Virus record (IMG/VR): IMGVR_UViG_3300038443_001477
Span: 1 to 64,000 of that record
Origin: a virus
Taxonomy: Duplodnaviria; Caudoviricetes
Length of the DNA stretch: 64,000 nucleotides
Strand: one strand, 5' to 3'
Made by a program: the position numbers and the translations under genes. Below the pieces are notes generated by a model. It was not told the DNA's origin, made no database searches, and was given only the letters and a program-made list of their open reading frames with translations. Below, in pieces: positions 45,841-53,769 of this stretch; the first letter of the stretch is position 1, and every line of letters starts with the position of its first letter.

Positions 45841-45990
45841 CTAGTCCTTCTTGGGCTTCTTCTCCGGAGGGAGGTTCCTGACAAGGCCCCGGCCCGGCAC
45901 GATGCTCTCCCGGAAGGGCCAGGGATGCGGGAGCCGGCGCGTGGGCATCTTCGGCGGCTCCTGGGGCTCGGCAGGCTTCTTCTCCATCAC
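45841..45990 (-). CDS. small Pro/Lys-rich protein (49 aa; not in supplied ORF track)
   Basis: GAGGAG RBS, GTGA overlap; MMEKKPAEPQEPPKMPTRRLPHPW... Confidence 0.45.
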   Translation of the reverse strand: MMEKKPAEPQEPPKMPTRRLPHPWPFRESIVPGRGLVRNLPPEKKPKKD

Positions 45991-46433
45991 GCCGGCAACT
46001 CCTCGCGCCGGCACGCCTCGAACTCGCGCTGTACCGCGTCCTTCAGCGCGAGGAGATCGGCCATGCTGGAGGAAGGCATCCAGGGACCCGCCTGCGCCTC
46101 CCGGTAGCGGGCCCAGGCCGCCTCCAGGCGCTCCAGGCGGGCCTCGGTGATGCTCTCGCGGAGCACGAGCTGGCAGACCTCGTCGGGCCGCACGTAGATG
46201 TAGGCGCCGGGCACATAGCGGCCCATGATGCGCTGGAGCGGGGAGCCCTCGCCGAGGCCCAGCGGAATCTCCTTCCCCAGGAGGCTCTCCGCCTCGTCGG
46301 CCGCCTGCTGCGCCGCCTCACGCTGCACGGGATTCCAGGCCACCCCCGCCGCGAGGCAGGAGCGCAGCCAGCGCATGCAGTTGGTCAGGGGCTTGTTGCC
46401 CGTGGGGGCGAAGTCGAGATCGCTGAGTTTCAT
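45987..46433 (-). CDS. hypothetical protein
   Basis: GAGGA RBS at ATG 46433. Confidence 0.6.
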   Translation of the reverse strand: MKLSDLDFAPTGNKPLTNCMRWLRSCLAAGVAWNPVQREAAQQAADEAESLLGKEIPLGLGEGSPLQRIMGRYVPGAYIYVRPDEVCQLVLRESITEARLERLEAAWARYREAQAGPWMPSSSMADLLALKDAVQREFEACRREELPA

Positions 46434-46489
46434 GTTGGTCATCCTCTGAAGATGGCGGGGATGAGGCGCCCCGCCGGGCGCCTTCTTGG

Positions 46490-46648
46490 TTAGCGGCGGC
46501 CCAGGAGCCGCTCGTAGTGGGCGATGCGCTGGCCGCAGTAAGCGGCGGCGGGGTGCAGGGGCCGGACAAGCCCCTGGGGCCCTGTGGCCCAGCGAAAGAA
46601 CGCCAGGGCGAGCCAGTAGGAGAGGGGTGCGAAGAGTCGCATCATCAC
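46490..46648 (-). CDS. small hydrophobic protein
   Basis: GTGA overlap; N-terminal hydrophobic helix. Confidence 0.45.
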   Translation of the reverse strand: MMMRLFAPLSYWLALAFFRWATGPQGLVRPLHPAAAYCGQRIAHYERLLGRR

Positions 46649-46998
46649 GCCCGGAACTCCTTCTTCGGCTGGAGCGTCAGGCCGCCCATGGGCATCTCCT
46701 GCCACTCCAGGCCCAGGTCGTCGAGGAGTTCACACCCGACTTGCTCGCGGAATTCCGGCGATGAGAAGCTCAGGGCCCAGGCGACCACCGCCACGACCTC
46801 CTCGTCGACTTCGCGCTTCCCCATGCGAAGCAGCAGGGAGGAACTGGGCTTGCTGGGACCCCCGCCATGCTTGTCGAGCTTCTGAATGATCGGGGGCTTG
46901 TAGGAGTTGAAGGCCGGCTTCTTGGCGGGCGTGAGTTGGGGCAGTGACTTCATGCAGTGCGGGCACTGGAGAGCCGGAGTCGTCTTGCGGGTGCTCAT
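46645..46998 (-). CDS. zinc-finger hypothetical protein
   Basis: CPHC motif. Confidence 0.55.
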   Translation of the reverse strand: MSTRKTTPALQCPHCMKSLPQLTPAKKPAFNSYKPPIIQKLDKHGGGPSKPSSSLLLRMGKREVDEEVVAVVAWALSFSSPEFREQVGCELLDDLGLEWQEMPMGGLTLQPKKEFRA

Positions 46999-47040
46999 CG
47001 TGCTAAGCCTTTCGGGTTGAATTGATGGGCGATGCGGGAG

Positions 47041-47073
47041 CGCATCTCTGAGCCCTCCAGGGAAGGCTCAGGG
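47041..47073 (-). repeat. intergenic hairpin repeat copy 2
   Basis: CGCATCTCTGAGCC...GGCTCAGGG shared with 45421-45458. Confidence 0.8.
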
Positions 47074-47081
47074 CGGAGCTC

Positions 47082-47453
47082 TTAGTCGCAGATGGAGGCG
47101 CGGCAGGTGCAGCGCACGACTTTGCGTTCGGCGTCGATGGCGTCGAGGGACCACGTCGCTCCCTCACCCGCGAAGCCCGTGGCCGTGCTGGCGGCCCAGA
47201 AGAAGGCATTGAGGCGCTTGGTGCTCTCCTCGCTGATCTCGCCGGAGAAGGGAATCTCGTAGGTGGCGTAGTCGGCGTAGGCCTCTTGCTTGTAGCCCGT
47301 GCTCACGGCCTGGGCGAGATGGAGGCGGGCGGAGCCGGCGGGCGTGTAGGGGTGGCGGAACCACTTGTTGCTGTCGCCGAGGAAGCGCTGGCCCCGGCGG
47401 GCGGCGGCCCAGAGGCCGCGAAGGTCGGTGGTCTTGGAAGCGGTGGCGTTCAT
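47082..47453 (-). CDS. hypothetical early protein
   Basis: AGGAG RBS at ATG 47453; first gene after promoter at 47500-47535. Confidence 0.65.
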   Translation of the reverse strand: MNATASKTTDLRGLWAAARRGQRFLGDSNKWFRHPYTPAGSARLHLAQAVSTGYKQEAYADYATYEIPFSGEISEESTKRLNAFFWAASTATGFAGEGATWSLDAIDAERKVVRCTCRASICD

Positions 47454-47499
47454 CTGTTTCTCCTGGGTGCTCAGCGGAGGGATTCCGGTGGCATGTGGG

Positions 47500-47535
47500 G
47501 ATTCTAGCATAGTCTATACATAGACTTTCAACGTC
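47500..47535 (-). promoter_or_regulatory. early promoter with perfect operator-like palindrome
   Basis: AGTCTAT-GT-ATAGACT (47511-47526) flanked by TTGAAA and TG-n-TAGAAT; homologous to 45762-45795. Confidence 0.65.
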
Positions 47536-47554
47536 CGTTTATCGGCGCGGAGCC

Positions 47555-47815
47555 CTAGGGAAGCCGCCTACGCCGAGCCTCCAGCAGATCGCGCCGCCGG
47601 AACTCCTCCGCCGAGGGCCGCGCCACGAACCAGGAAGAGGCCCCGGCCTCGATCATCAGGAGCCGCCACATCTCCCGCTCCCATACGGCCCGATAGGGCT
47701 GGCTCTTCTCCCGGCGAGCCTTCCACCAGTAGCGGCGGGCCTCCTTCAGCCAGACGCTCTCGTCCAGGGATGCCACCGGAGCCTGGGCGCGCATCTGGGC
47801 TTGGCTCCTATTCAT
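47555..47815 (-). CDS. basic hypothetical protein
   Basis: GGAGG RBS. Confidence 0.5.
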   Translation of the reverse strand: MNRSQAQMRAQAPVASLDESVWLKEARRYWWKARREKSQPYRAVWEREMWRLLMIEAGASSWFVARPSAEEFRRRDLLEARRRRLP

Positions 47816-48491
47816 GGCGGCCCTCCCTGAACATGTGCTGCGCCACATAGAGAAGCATCTTGGAGCGGCCGTAGCCCGGCAACTCCTGGTCGACGATCGC
47901 AGCCAAGTCGGCCGTGTTGTTGGCGATGAGCTTCGGGCCTAGTGGAATTCCGGAGTGGCGCGCGAGTTTCTGGCAGCGCGCCACCAATAACTTGGCGAGG
48001 AGCCGCATGACGGCCAACCGCTCCGCTACCAAGAGTTCGGCGAGGCCGGAGCCCCGCATAAAACTCTCCACTGGCGCCCAAGCCGTAGGAGCCCCTAGTA
48101 GCCTCCGGAAGACCAGGGGGCCCGCCATCCCCCCACCCCCCACCCCGAGAGCCTCCTGTGCGGCCGTGTAAACGCTACTAGCCCAGGCCTCAAGCTCGCG
48201 GTCGGCTGGCTTTTGGCCCTGGAAGCGCAAGGCGAGGGCGTCGTAGAGGGCTTTTTGGTTGGCAGCCGACATCCGGTCGACAACGGCAAGGGCTTCCTCC
48301 ACCCCCACCCCTTCCTTGTCGGTGAATTCGTTCAAGAGTTCGGCGAGCCTGTGCAACAAGCCAATCCTCCCTCCCCCTCCTCCCCCTCTATAGAGGGGGG
48401 AGGGGGGAGGGGGTGGTTTAGCAGCGCTTAGGTTAGCAGTAGGTAAGCTAGGCTGCCTGTAGCCAGTTAATTTAACACGCGGCTTCGTCAC
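47808..48491 (-). CDS. hypothetical protein, possible replication-origin-associated
   Basis: AAGGAG RBS; PPPPPSPLYRGGGGGG encoded by DNA palindrome; helical C-terminal domain. Confidence 0.55.
   Translation of the reverse strand: MTKPRVKLTGYRQPSLPTANLSAAKPPPPPSPLYRGGGGGGRIGLLHRLAELLNEFTDKEGVGVEEALAVVDRMSAANQKALYDALALRFQGQKPADRELEAWASSVYTAAQEALGVGGGGMAGPLVFRRLLGAPTAWAPVESFMRGSGLAELLVAERLAVMRLLAKLLVARCQKLARHSGIPLGPKLIANNTADLAAIVDQELPGYGRSKMLLYVAQHMFREGRHE
48382..48399. repeat. 18-bp perfect palindrome within C-tract/G-tract block
   Basis: CCCCCTCTATAGAGGGGG, flanked by further C and G runs (48366-48415). Confidence 0.85.
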
Positions 48492-48543
48492 GGGCTTCTC
48501 CTTGCCTTAGTAGAGTGCGGCGCGGGGCCTCAGTTAATTTAGG

Positions 48544-48942
48544 TTAGATGCCCTTGGATCGCGTGTAGGCGCGCTCGTACTGCGCCGGCTGGGCGGCCCT
48601 CGGCTTGTTACTGGGGGCCTTCTTGGCGGCCTTGGTAACGATCGCCTTGGGCTTACTGGGAGCCGCGTCAGCGGCCTTCGGCTTCGGCCCCGGCCTCTTC
48701 TTGAGCCCGGCGAGGCCGCCCTGTTCCAAATAGGTTACGGGGTCCATGCGGAGCTCGATGCCGTTATCACGCGCCCACTTCCGGAAGGCGGCCGGCGGGC
48801 AGCTCACGCCGCCCCTCTCGTCCACCGCGCACGGCAAGGGAGCCGTCTTCCTGGCGGGGCCCTTGCGCCAGTTGTAGACGGTCATCGGGGTGACATCGGC
48901 GAGATAGCAGAGGTCGGGAATCTTGAGCTTCTTGGCGGTCAT
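48544..48942 (-). CDS. HTH DNA-binding protein (Cro/AlpA-like)
   Basis: IPDLCYLADVTPMTVYNWRKG HTH; AAGGAG RBS. Confidence 0.7.
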   Translation of the reverse strand: MTAKKLKIPDLCYLADVTPMTVYNWRKGPARKTAPLPCAVDERGGVSCPPAAFRKWARDNGIELRMDPVTYLEQGGLAGLKKRPGPKPKAADAAPSKPKAIVTKAAKKAPSNKPRAAQPAQYERAYTRSKGI

Positions 48943-48975
48943 GTAATGCGCTCCTTGGGAGGGTTGGTGGTAGGG

Positions 48976-48991
48976 AGATTATACCAAGACT
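48976..48991 (-). promoter_or_regulatory. extended -10 promoter with operator-like site
   Basis: TGG-TATAAT inside AGTCTTGGTATAATCT. Confidence 0.6.
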
Positions 48992-49026
48992 TTCGGGGCC
49001 TCCCCTCGGCATTTAGGAGGGTCCGG

Positions 49027-49034
49027 GTATAGCT
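49027..49034 (+). promoter_or_regulatory. GTATAGCT putative phage promoter before queE
   Basis: One of 8 co-oriented copies (3165+, 38300-, 39372-, 40786-, 49027+, 51580+, 57691+, 58866+). Confidence 0.6.
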
Positions 49035-49068
49035 GGCGGGCATTCCCTATCTTTTCAGGAGAGCAGCC

Positions 49069-49806
49069 ATGTTCGGGCAAAACCCTATCCGCAGCGCCGA
49101 CGCCGACCCGAATCGGATCAGCGTGCAATCCGCCTTCTACACCATCCAGGGCGAGGGCCCCCAGGCGGGCCGACCTGCGTTATTCGTGCGGCTCGCCGGC
49201 TGCAACCTCGCTTGCTGGTTCTGTGACACCGAGTTCGAGAAGCCAACCTTCAACGGCGCCCCGCAGGATCTGGCCGCCTGCCTGGAACGCGACTTCAGCC
49301 CCCAGCAGCGGGAGTTGGTGGTGCTCACCGGGGGCGAACCCCTGCGGCAACAAGGTGCGCTCCTGCTGATCGCTCATCTCCTGGCCGCCGGCACCAAGCT
49401 CGTCCAGATCGAGACCGCGGGGACGCTCTGGCTCCAGGGCCTGGAGCGCTATGTCGAGGAGGGCCTCGTCCAGATCGTGTGCAGCCCGAAGACCCCGCGC
49501 ATCAACATCAATATCGCCGTCTACTGCCAGCACTGGAAGTACATCGTGCGCAGCGGCGAGGCCAGCCACTTCGATGGGCTCCCCCGGCGCGGCACCCAAC
49601 TCGCCACCAAGGACAAGCTCTCCGAACTCTTCCGGCCGCGCCCGGTCGACGGCAAGTGGTCGAGCCCGTACACAATCTGGCTCTCCCCCTGCGACGAGCA
49701 GGACCCGGCGAAGAACGCCGCCAATGCCCACGAGGCCGCCCTCCTGTGCATGAAGTACGGCTACCGCCTGAGCATCCAAATGCACAAATTGGTCGGGGTG
49801 GAGTGA
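49069..49806 (+). CDS. queE: 7-carboxy-7-deazaguanine synthase (radical SAM)
   Basis: FYTIQGEG...GRPA.FVRLAGCNLACWFCDT, VVLTGGEPL.Q, IETAGT, CSPK, LS.Q.HK. Confidence 0.92.
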   Translation: MFGQNPIRSADADPNRISVQSAFYTIQGEGPQAGRPALFVRLAGCNLACWFCDTEFEKPTFNGAPQDLAACLERDFSPQQRELVVLTGGEPLRQQGALLLIAHLLAAGTKLVQIETAGTLWLQGLERYVEEGLVQIVCSPKTPRININIAVYCQHWKYIVRSGEASHFDGLPRRGTQLATKDKLSELFRPRPVDGKWSSPYTIWLSPCDEQDPAKNAANAHEAALLCMKYGYRLSIQMHKLVGVE

Positions 49807-50270
49807 TGCGCTTCTTCAAGCTGGCCGCCTACCAACCCGGCTCCGACGTGCTCGTGGGCTACCGCAAACACAACAAGCTCGTCACCCGGGGCGAGCGCCT
49901 GACCGTCTACTCCTCCGCCTGCGACTCCGCCAAGGGTCTCGCCAGCGCGCAGAAGCGGTGGCCGGAATATGACTGGAAGCTGGAACCCTGGTCCTCGCGC
50001 TCCGAGGACAGCGCGAAGGCCGTCCAGCCGCCGAAGATGTACTTCACGCGGACCGAGGTCTGGGAGATGATTCTCAAGGAGCGCGCCTTCTGCGCCCGCG
50101 TCTGCGAGGATGAGGAGCGCATCCGCAGCGCCGCCGGGCAAAAGCATCCCGAGGAATCCCAAGAGCGGAGCCGCTGCTTCGCCGGGGCCCGAGCCGCCAT
50201 CAACTGCGCCCTCGGCATCCGTAGCGAGCGAGCGAAGAGCCTGGAGGAGTTCGAGTGCGAACGCTTCTAG
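49806..50270 (+). CDS. hypothetical protein
   Basis: TGATG overlap with queE; C-terminal ER..CA.VCE...CA..IR pattern. Confidence 0.55.
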   Translation: MRFFKLAAYQPGSDVLVGYRKHNKLVTRGERLTVYSSACDSAKGLASAQKRWPEYDWKLEPWSSRSEDSAKAVQPPKMYFTRTEVWEMILKERAFCARVCEDEERIRSAAGQKHPEESQERSRCFAGARAAINCALGIRSERAKSLEEFECERF

Positions 50271-50737
50271 CTGGGGAGCAGCCCTGGCGGCGCGTGCCTA
50301 AGTTCGATCCGCGAGGTGCGTCCCTCGCGGATCGGCACTACTCACGGCGCACAGTGGGCAGTCCGCAGTTCATGCCGCCCGGGGAGACAGTCGTCCTCCT
50401 GCCTCAGAAGGGAGATGCGGTCTTCGGCTGGTGGCGCCCGCATCCCGCGAGTGGCCTTAAGACGCTCAACGGCCTGGATGGCTGGACCTGCACCATCTTC
50501 CGCAACGAGAGTGAGTACCGCTCAAGTGACTTGATCCGAGCGGCTGAAACCTTCCTTCTGGGCCTGGGCGTCACTATTGGTCCCGATGGCTTTATCACCT
50601 ATGTTTGGGATAAGCGTGTCCGCAGCGTCAATCCAGGGTACTGCTTCAAGCTCGCGGGCTGGCGGAAGACTGGACGCAGCGCCGACGGCAAGAAGACTCT
50701 TCTTCAGAAGCTCCCGCGCCGGGAGTTAATCGAATGA
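50255..50737 (+). CDS. Mom-like GNAT-fold protein (putative DNA base acyltransferase)
   Basis: LADRHYSR...GSPQF.PPG, C..FRNES, FITY....V.S.NPGYCF..AGW...G.S; GGAGGAG RBS. Confidence 0.55.
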   Translation: MRTLLAGEQPWRRVPKFDPRGASLADRHYSRRTVGSPQFMPPGETVVLLPQKGDAVFGWWRPHPASGLKTLNGLDGWTCTIFRNESEYRSSDLIRAAETFLLGLGVTIGPDGFITYVWDKRVRSVNPGYCFKLAGWRKTGRSADGKKTLLQKLPRRELIE

Positions 50738-51576
50738 CCAGAACGCTTCTAGCCGTCGATCTCTCCAATCACGTGTACAAGGCTGCGGCGGCGCATCCGA
50801 TGCTGACCAGCCGCCGCATCTTCACCGGCGGCCTCTACGGCTTCTTCACGACCTTCGCCAAGATCGTCCGGGAGACCCGGGCGACACATGTCGCCTTCTG
50901 CCAGGACGTGAAGCCCTACAAGCGCAGCGAAACTTACCCCGAGTACAAGCAGCTCTCCCGGAAGAAGAACCGCGACGAGGACCTCCTCCGCCTCTACAAG
51001 CAGAGCATGGAGCTCATTCTGGAGGTGATGGCTGCCTGCGGCCTTCAGCCCTGGGGGATTCCGGGCTTTGAGGCCGACGACCTGATTGGGCACTGCGTGA
51101 TGAAGTACCGGCATCGCTTCGACCGCATCTACGCCGCCACCAACGACAGCGACCCCTTCCAGCTCCTTTGGTGCGACAACTTCTACCTCTATCGGAAGGA
51201 GCTGAAGGACGTCGTCACGGGTGACAAGCTCGTCGACCCTTTCGGCCGGCCCATCACGCCGGACCAGTACATGCTGGCGACGGCCCTCATGGGCACCCAC
51301 AACGACATCGATGGCATCCCTCGCGTAGGAGCGGGCACGGCCTTCAAGGCGCTCCACGACCCCGCTCTAATGCGCAAGCTGAGGGACGGGCACTCCGACC
51401 TCATAGAGCGCAATCTGCGGCTTATAAAGCTGCCGCACGAAGCCTTCCCACGAGAGGCCTCGCTCCCCACGCATCAATCCTTCAACCCACGCACCCTCTA
51501 CCGCGCCCTGGGCAAGTACGACATCGAGGTGACCGGCGCCGTGGAGCGCGCCTTTCAGGAGCTTTTCGGCCGCTAG
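50734..51576 (+). CDS. 5'-3' exonuclease / flap endonuclease (PolA N-terminal-like)
   Basis: LL.VD..N..Y, R.E.YPEYK, G.EADD.IG, NDSD..QL, G...D.I.GIP.VG..TA. Confidence 0.88.
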   Translation: MTRTLLAVDLSNHVYKAAAAHPMLTSRRIFTGGLYGFFTTFAKIVRETRATHVAFCQDVKPYKRSETYPEYKQLSRKKNRDEDLLRLYKQSMELILEVMAACGLQPWGIPGFEADDLIGHCVMKYRHRFDRIYAATNDSDPFQLLWCDNFYLYRKELKDVVTGDKLVDPFGRPITPDQYMLATALMGTHNDIDGIPRVGAGTAFKALHDPALMRKLRDGHSDLIERNLRLIKLPHEAFPREASLPTHQSFNPRTLYRALGKYDIEVTGAVERAFQELFGR

Positions 51577-51668
51577 GGCGTATAGCTCCCCTGCGGCTAG
51601 GAGGCATCCGAAAAGCGCTTGACCCACGCCTGCCGCTCCTTTTCAACTGGGTCGGCAAGGAGGTCACC

Positions 51669-51953
51669 TTGAACAAGCAACTCGAAAGCCGCGGTTCTCG
51701 CGGCCTGATCCCCCTCGATAGCCAGAGCTCGGCTCGGGTCCATAACCAGGCGCTGGAGCGCGCCGCCGCATTCCTGGAGCGCACGGCGGCCGGCTTCGAC
51801 GAGGCCGCCCGGGACTGGGTCGAGAGGCAGCTATCCAGCCGCAACCAGCAGAGCCGCGACTTCGCCATCCAACAGACCATGCTGAATCGCAGCAAGGCCG
51901 AACTCCTGCGCGGCCAAGCCGCCCACATCCGCGAGATGAAGGTCTCGGAGTAA
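51669..51953 (+). CDS. helical hypothetical protein
   Basis: AAGGAGG RBS + TTG; TAAATG junction to helicase. Confidence 0.6.
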   Translation: MNKQLESRGSRGLIPLDSQSSARVHNQALERAAAFLERTAAGFDEAARDWVERQLSSRNQQSRDFAIQQTMLNRSKAELLRGQAAHIREMKVSE

Positions 51954-53492
51954 ATGGACGACGATCAGCGACTGAGCGGGAGCCTTCAGGAAAACGTCCT
52001 GACGGTGCTCTGCTTCAACGACGACTACTGCAAGATCATCCGGGCCGCTATCACCCCGCACCTCTTCGAGTCGAAGGTGTACAAGGAGATCGCGGGCTAC
52101 GCCATCGACTTCATCGACCAGTTTGGGGAGGCAATCAAGGAGCACCTCCCCGACCACCTGGAGGACATTCTCCAGGGGGAGGACCAGCGCAAGGCAAAGC
52201 ACTACAAGCAGGTCCTCGACAACCTTTTCATGAGCCGTGACTCCGTCAACTCGGAGTTTGTGAAGACGGAGCTCCAGAAGTTTGTCCGCGTGCAGAAGTT
52301 CAAGGCGGGCCTTGTCCGGGTCGTGGAGATCCTCGACGGCAACGGCAGCATTGACGAAGCCGAGAGCATCATGGAAAAGGCGATGGCTGCGCAGATCGTC
52401 TCCTTTGAGCCGGGTGCGAGCCTCGACAACCCCGAGGATGTCGCCGGGGTGCTCGACGAGCCCGAGGAGGAGGGCTTCACCCTGGGGATTGAGGAATTCG
52501 ACCGGCTCGGCATCTACCCGCGTCGAAAGGAGCTCTTCGGCTTTCTGGCAGCTCGGGGCCGGGGGAAGTCGTGGTTCGCCACGCACTGCGCCAAGCGTGC
52601 CCTCCTCCAGCGCTGGACCCCGGTCATGGTCACGCTGGAGATGTCCCAGAAGCGCTACTCCGCGCGCATGCTTCAGACCTTTTTCTCCATCAGTCGGCGC
52701 GACGCGCTGGTGCACGTGACGCGTCTGAATAAAGACGGCGACGGCAAGCTGGAAGGCGTCCTCCGCGAGGAGGTCGAGCGCCAGACGATGCGGGACCCCG
52801 ACATCCGGGAGACCCTCAAGAGGAAAGCGAAGCGCGCCTTCAAGAATCGAAAGCCGATCAGGATCAAGGCATTCCCCAGCGGGAGCCTTGACATCTCCGG
52901 CCTGCGTGCCTACCTGGAGGGCCTGCGCCGCCACGAGAAGATCACCCCCGACCTTCTCGTCGTCGACTATCCGCGCCTGATGAAGCTCAACCCCGCCAAC
53001 CTGCGCTTGGAGCTGGGGGCGTTGAACGTAGCGCTGCGTGGCCTCGCCGACGAGATGAACATGGCGGTCGTGGTCCTGGCGCAGGGCAATCGAGAGAGTG
53101 AGAGCGCGTTCCTGGTCACCGGCGACATGGTGGAGGAGGACATCTCCCTCAAGGCCACCGTGGATGTGCTCCTCACCTACTCGCAGACCAAGCTGGAGAA
53201 GGCCCTGGGCCTCGCCCGTCTCTACGCCGACAAGGTGCGCAACGACGAGAGCGGCGCCATCGTGCTCATCTCCCAGGCCTACGCCATAGGGCAGTTCTGC
53301 CTGGAGAGCATGCGGCTTGTCGGCGATTACTGGGAGGACCTGAAGGAGAAGTTCGCGGACAAGGAGGACCGGCGCTCGCGGCGGCGCCGCAGCGAGGATG
53401 AAGACGCCGAGCCGCCCTCGCCACGCAGGCGGCGGGACGATGACGAAGAGCGGCCGCGCCGCAGAAGGGATGGCTCGGATGACCGACGCTGA
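51954..53492 (+). CDS. DnaB-like replicative helicase
   Basis: Walker A variant AARGRGKS, V.V.LEMS, LLVVDYP, L.Q.NRE, DKVRN; R/D-rich tail. Confidence 0.85.
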   Translation: MDDDQRLSGSLQENVLTVLCFNDDYCKIIRAAITPHLFESKVYKEIAGYAIDFIDQFGEAIKEHLPDHLEDILQGEDQRKAKHYKQVLDNLFMSRDSVNSEFVKTELQKFVRVQKFKAGLVRVVEILDGNGSIDEAESIMEKAMAAQIVSFEPGASLDNPEDVAGVLDEPEEEGFTLGIEEFDRLGIYPRRKELFGFLAARGRGKSWFATHCAKRALLQRWTPVMVTLEMSQKRYSARMLQTFFSISRRDALVHVTRLNKDGDGKLEGVLREEVERQTMRDPDIRETLKRKAKRAFKNRKPIRIKAFPSGSLDISGLRAYLEGLRRHEKITPDLLVVDYPRLMKLNPANLRLELGALNVALRGLADEMNMAVVVLAQGNRESESAFLVTGDMVEEDISLKATVDVLLTYSQTKLEKALGLARLYADKVRNDESGAIVLISQAYAIGQFCLESMRLVGDYWEDLKEKFADKEDRRSRRRRSEDEDAEPPSPRRRRDDDEERPRRRRDGSDDRR

Positions 53493-53769
53493 ACTGGAGC
53501 GCCTCCGCGCTCAGAAGAACCAAGCGGCGTCCCTGATTGGGCAGGAGATCATCAACTTCCTGTGCAATTCCGGGGTCATGTATGACGACGGCATCAACGC
53601 GTGCGGCTGGGTGATCGGCCAGCTCGCCAACCAGTGCGGAGATCCCGTGCTCCGCCAGCAGGTGCCGGCACTGCTCCGCGAGGTCATCGCGCGACTCGAG
53701 GGCCGGCCCCCGGAGAACCCCTTCGCGCCGCCGCCGGGGACCATGGAGCCACCCCAGACGATCCAATGA
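53479..53769 (+). CDS. hypothetical protein
   Basis: Overlaps at both ends. Confidence 0.5.
   Translation: MTDAELERLRAQKNQAASLIGQEIINFLCNSGVMYDDGINACGWVIGQLANQCGDPVLRQQVPALLREVIARLEGRPPENPFAPPPGTMEPPQTIQ

Noticed and set aside
32836-48546. Integron attC sites at TAACCTA gene ends
   Set aside because: Only one of five fits RYYYAAC, no matching GTTRRRY partner hairpin and no integron integrase
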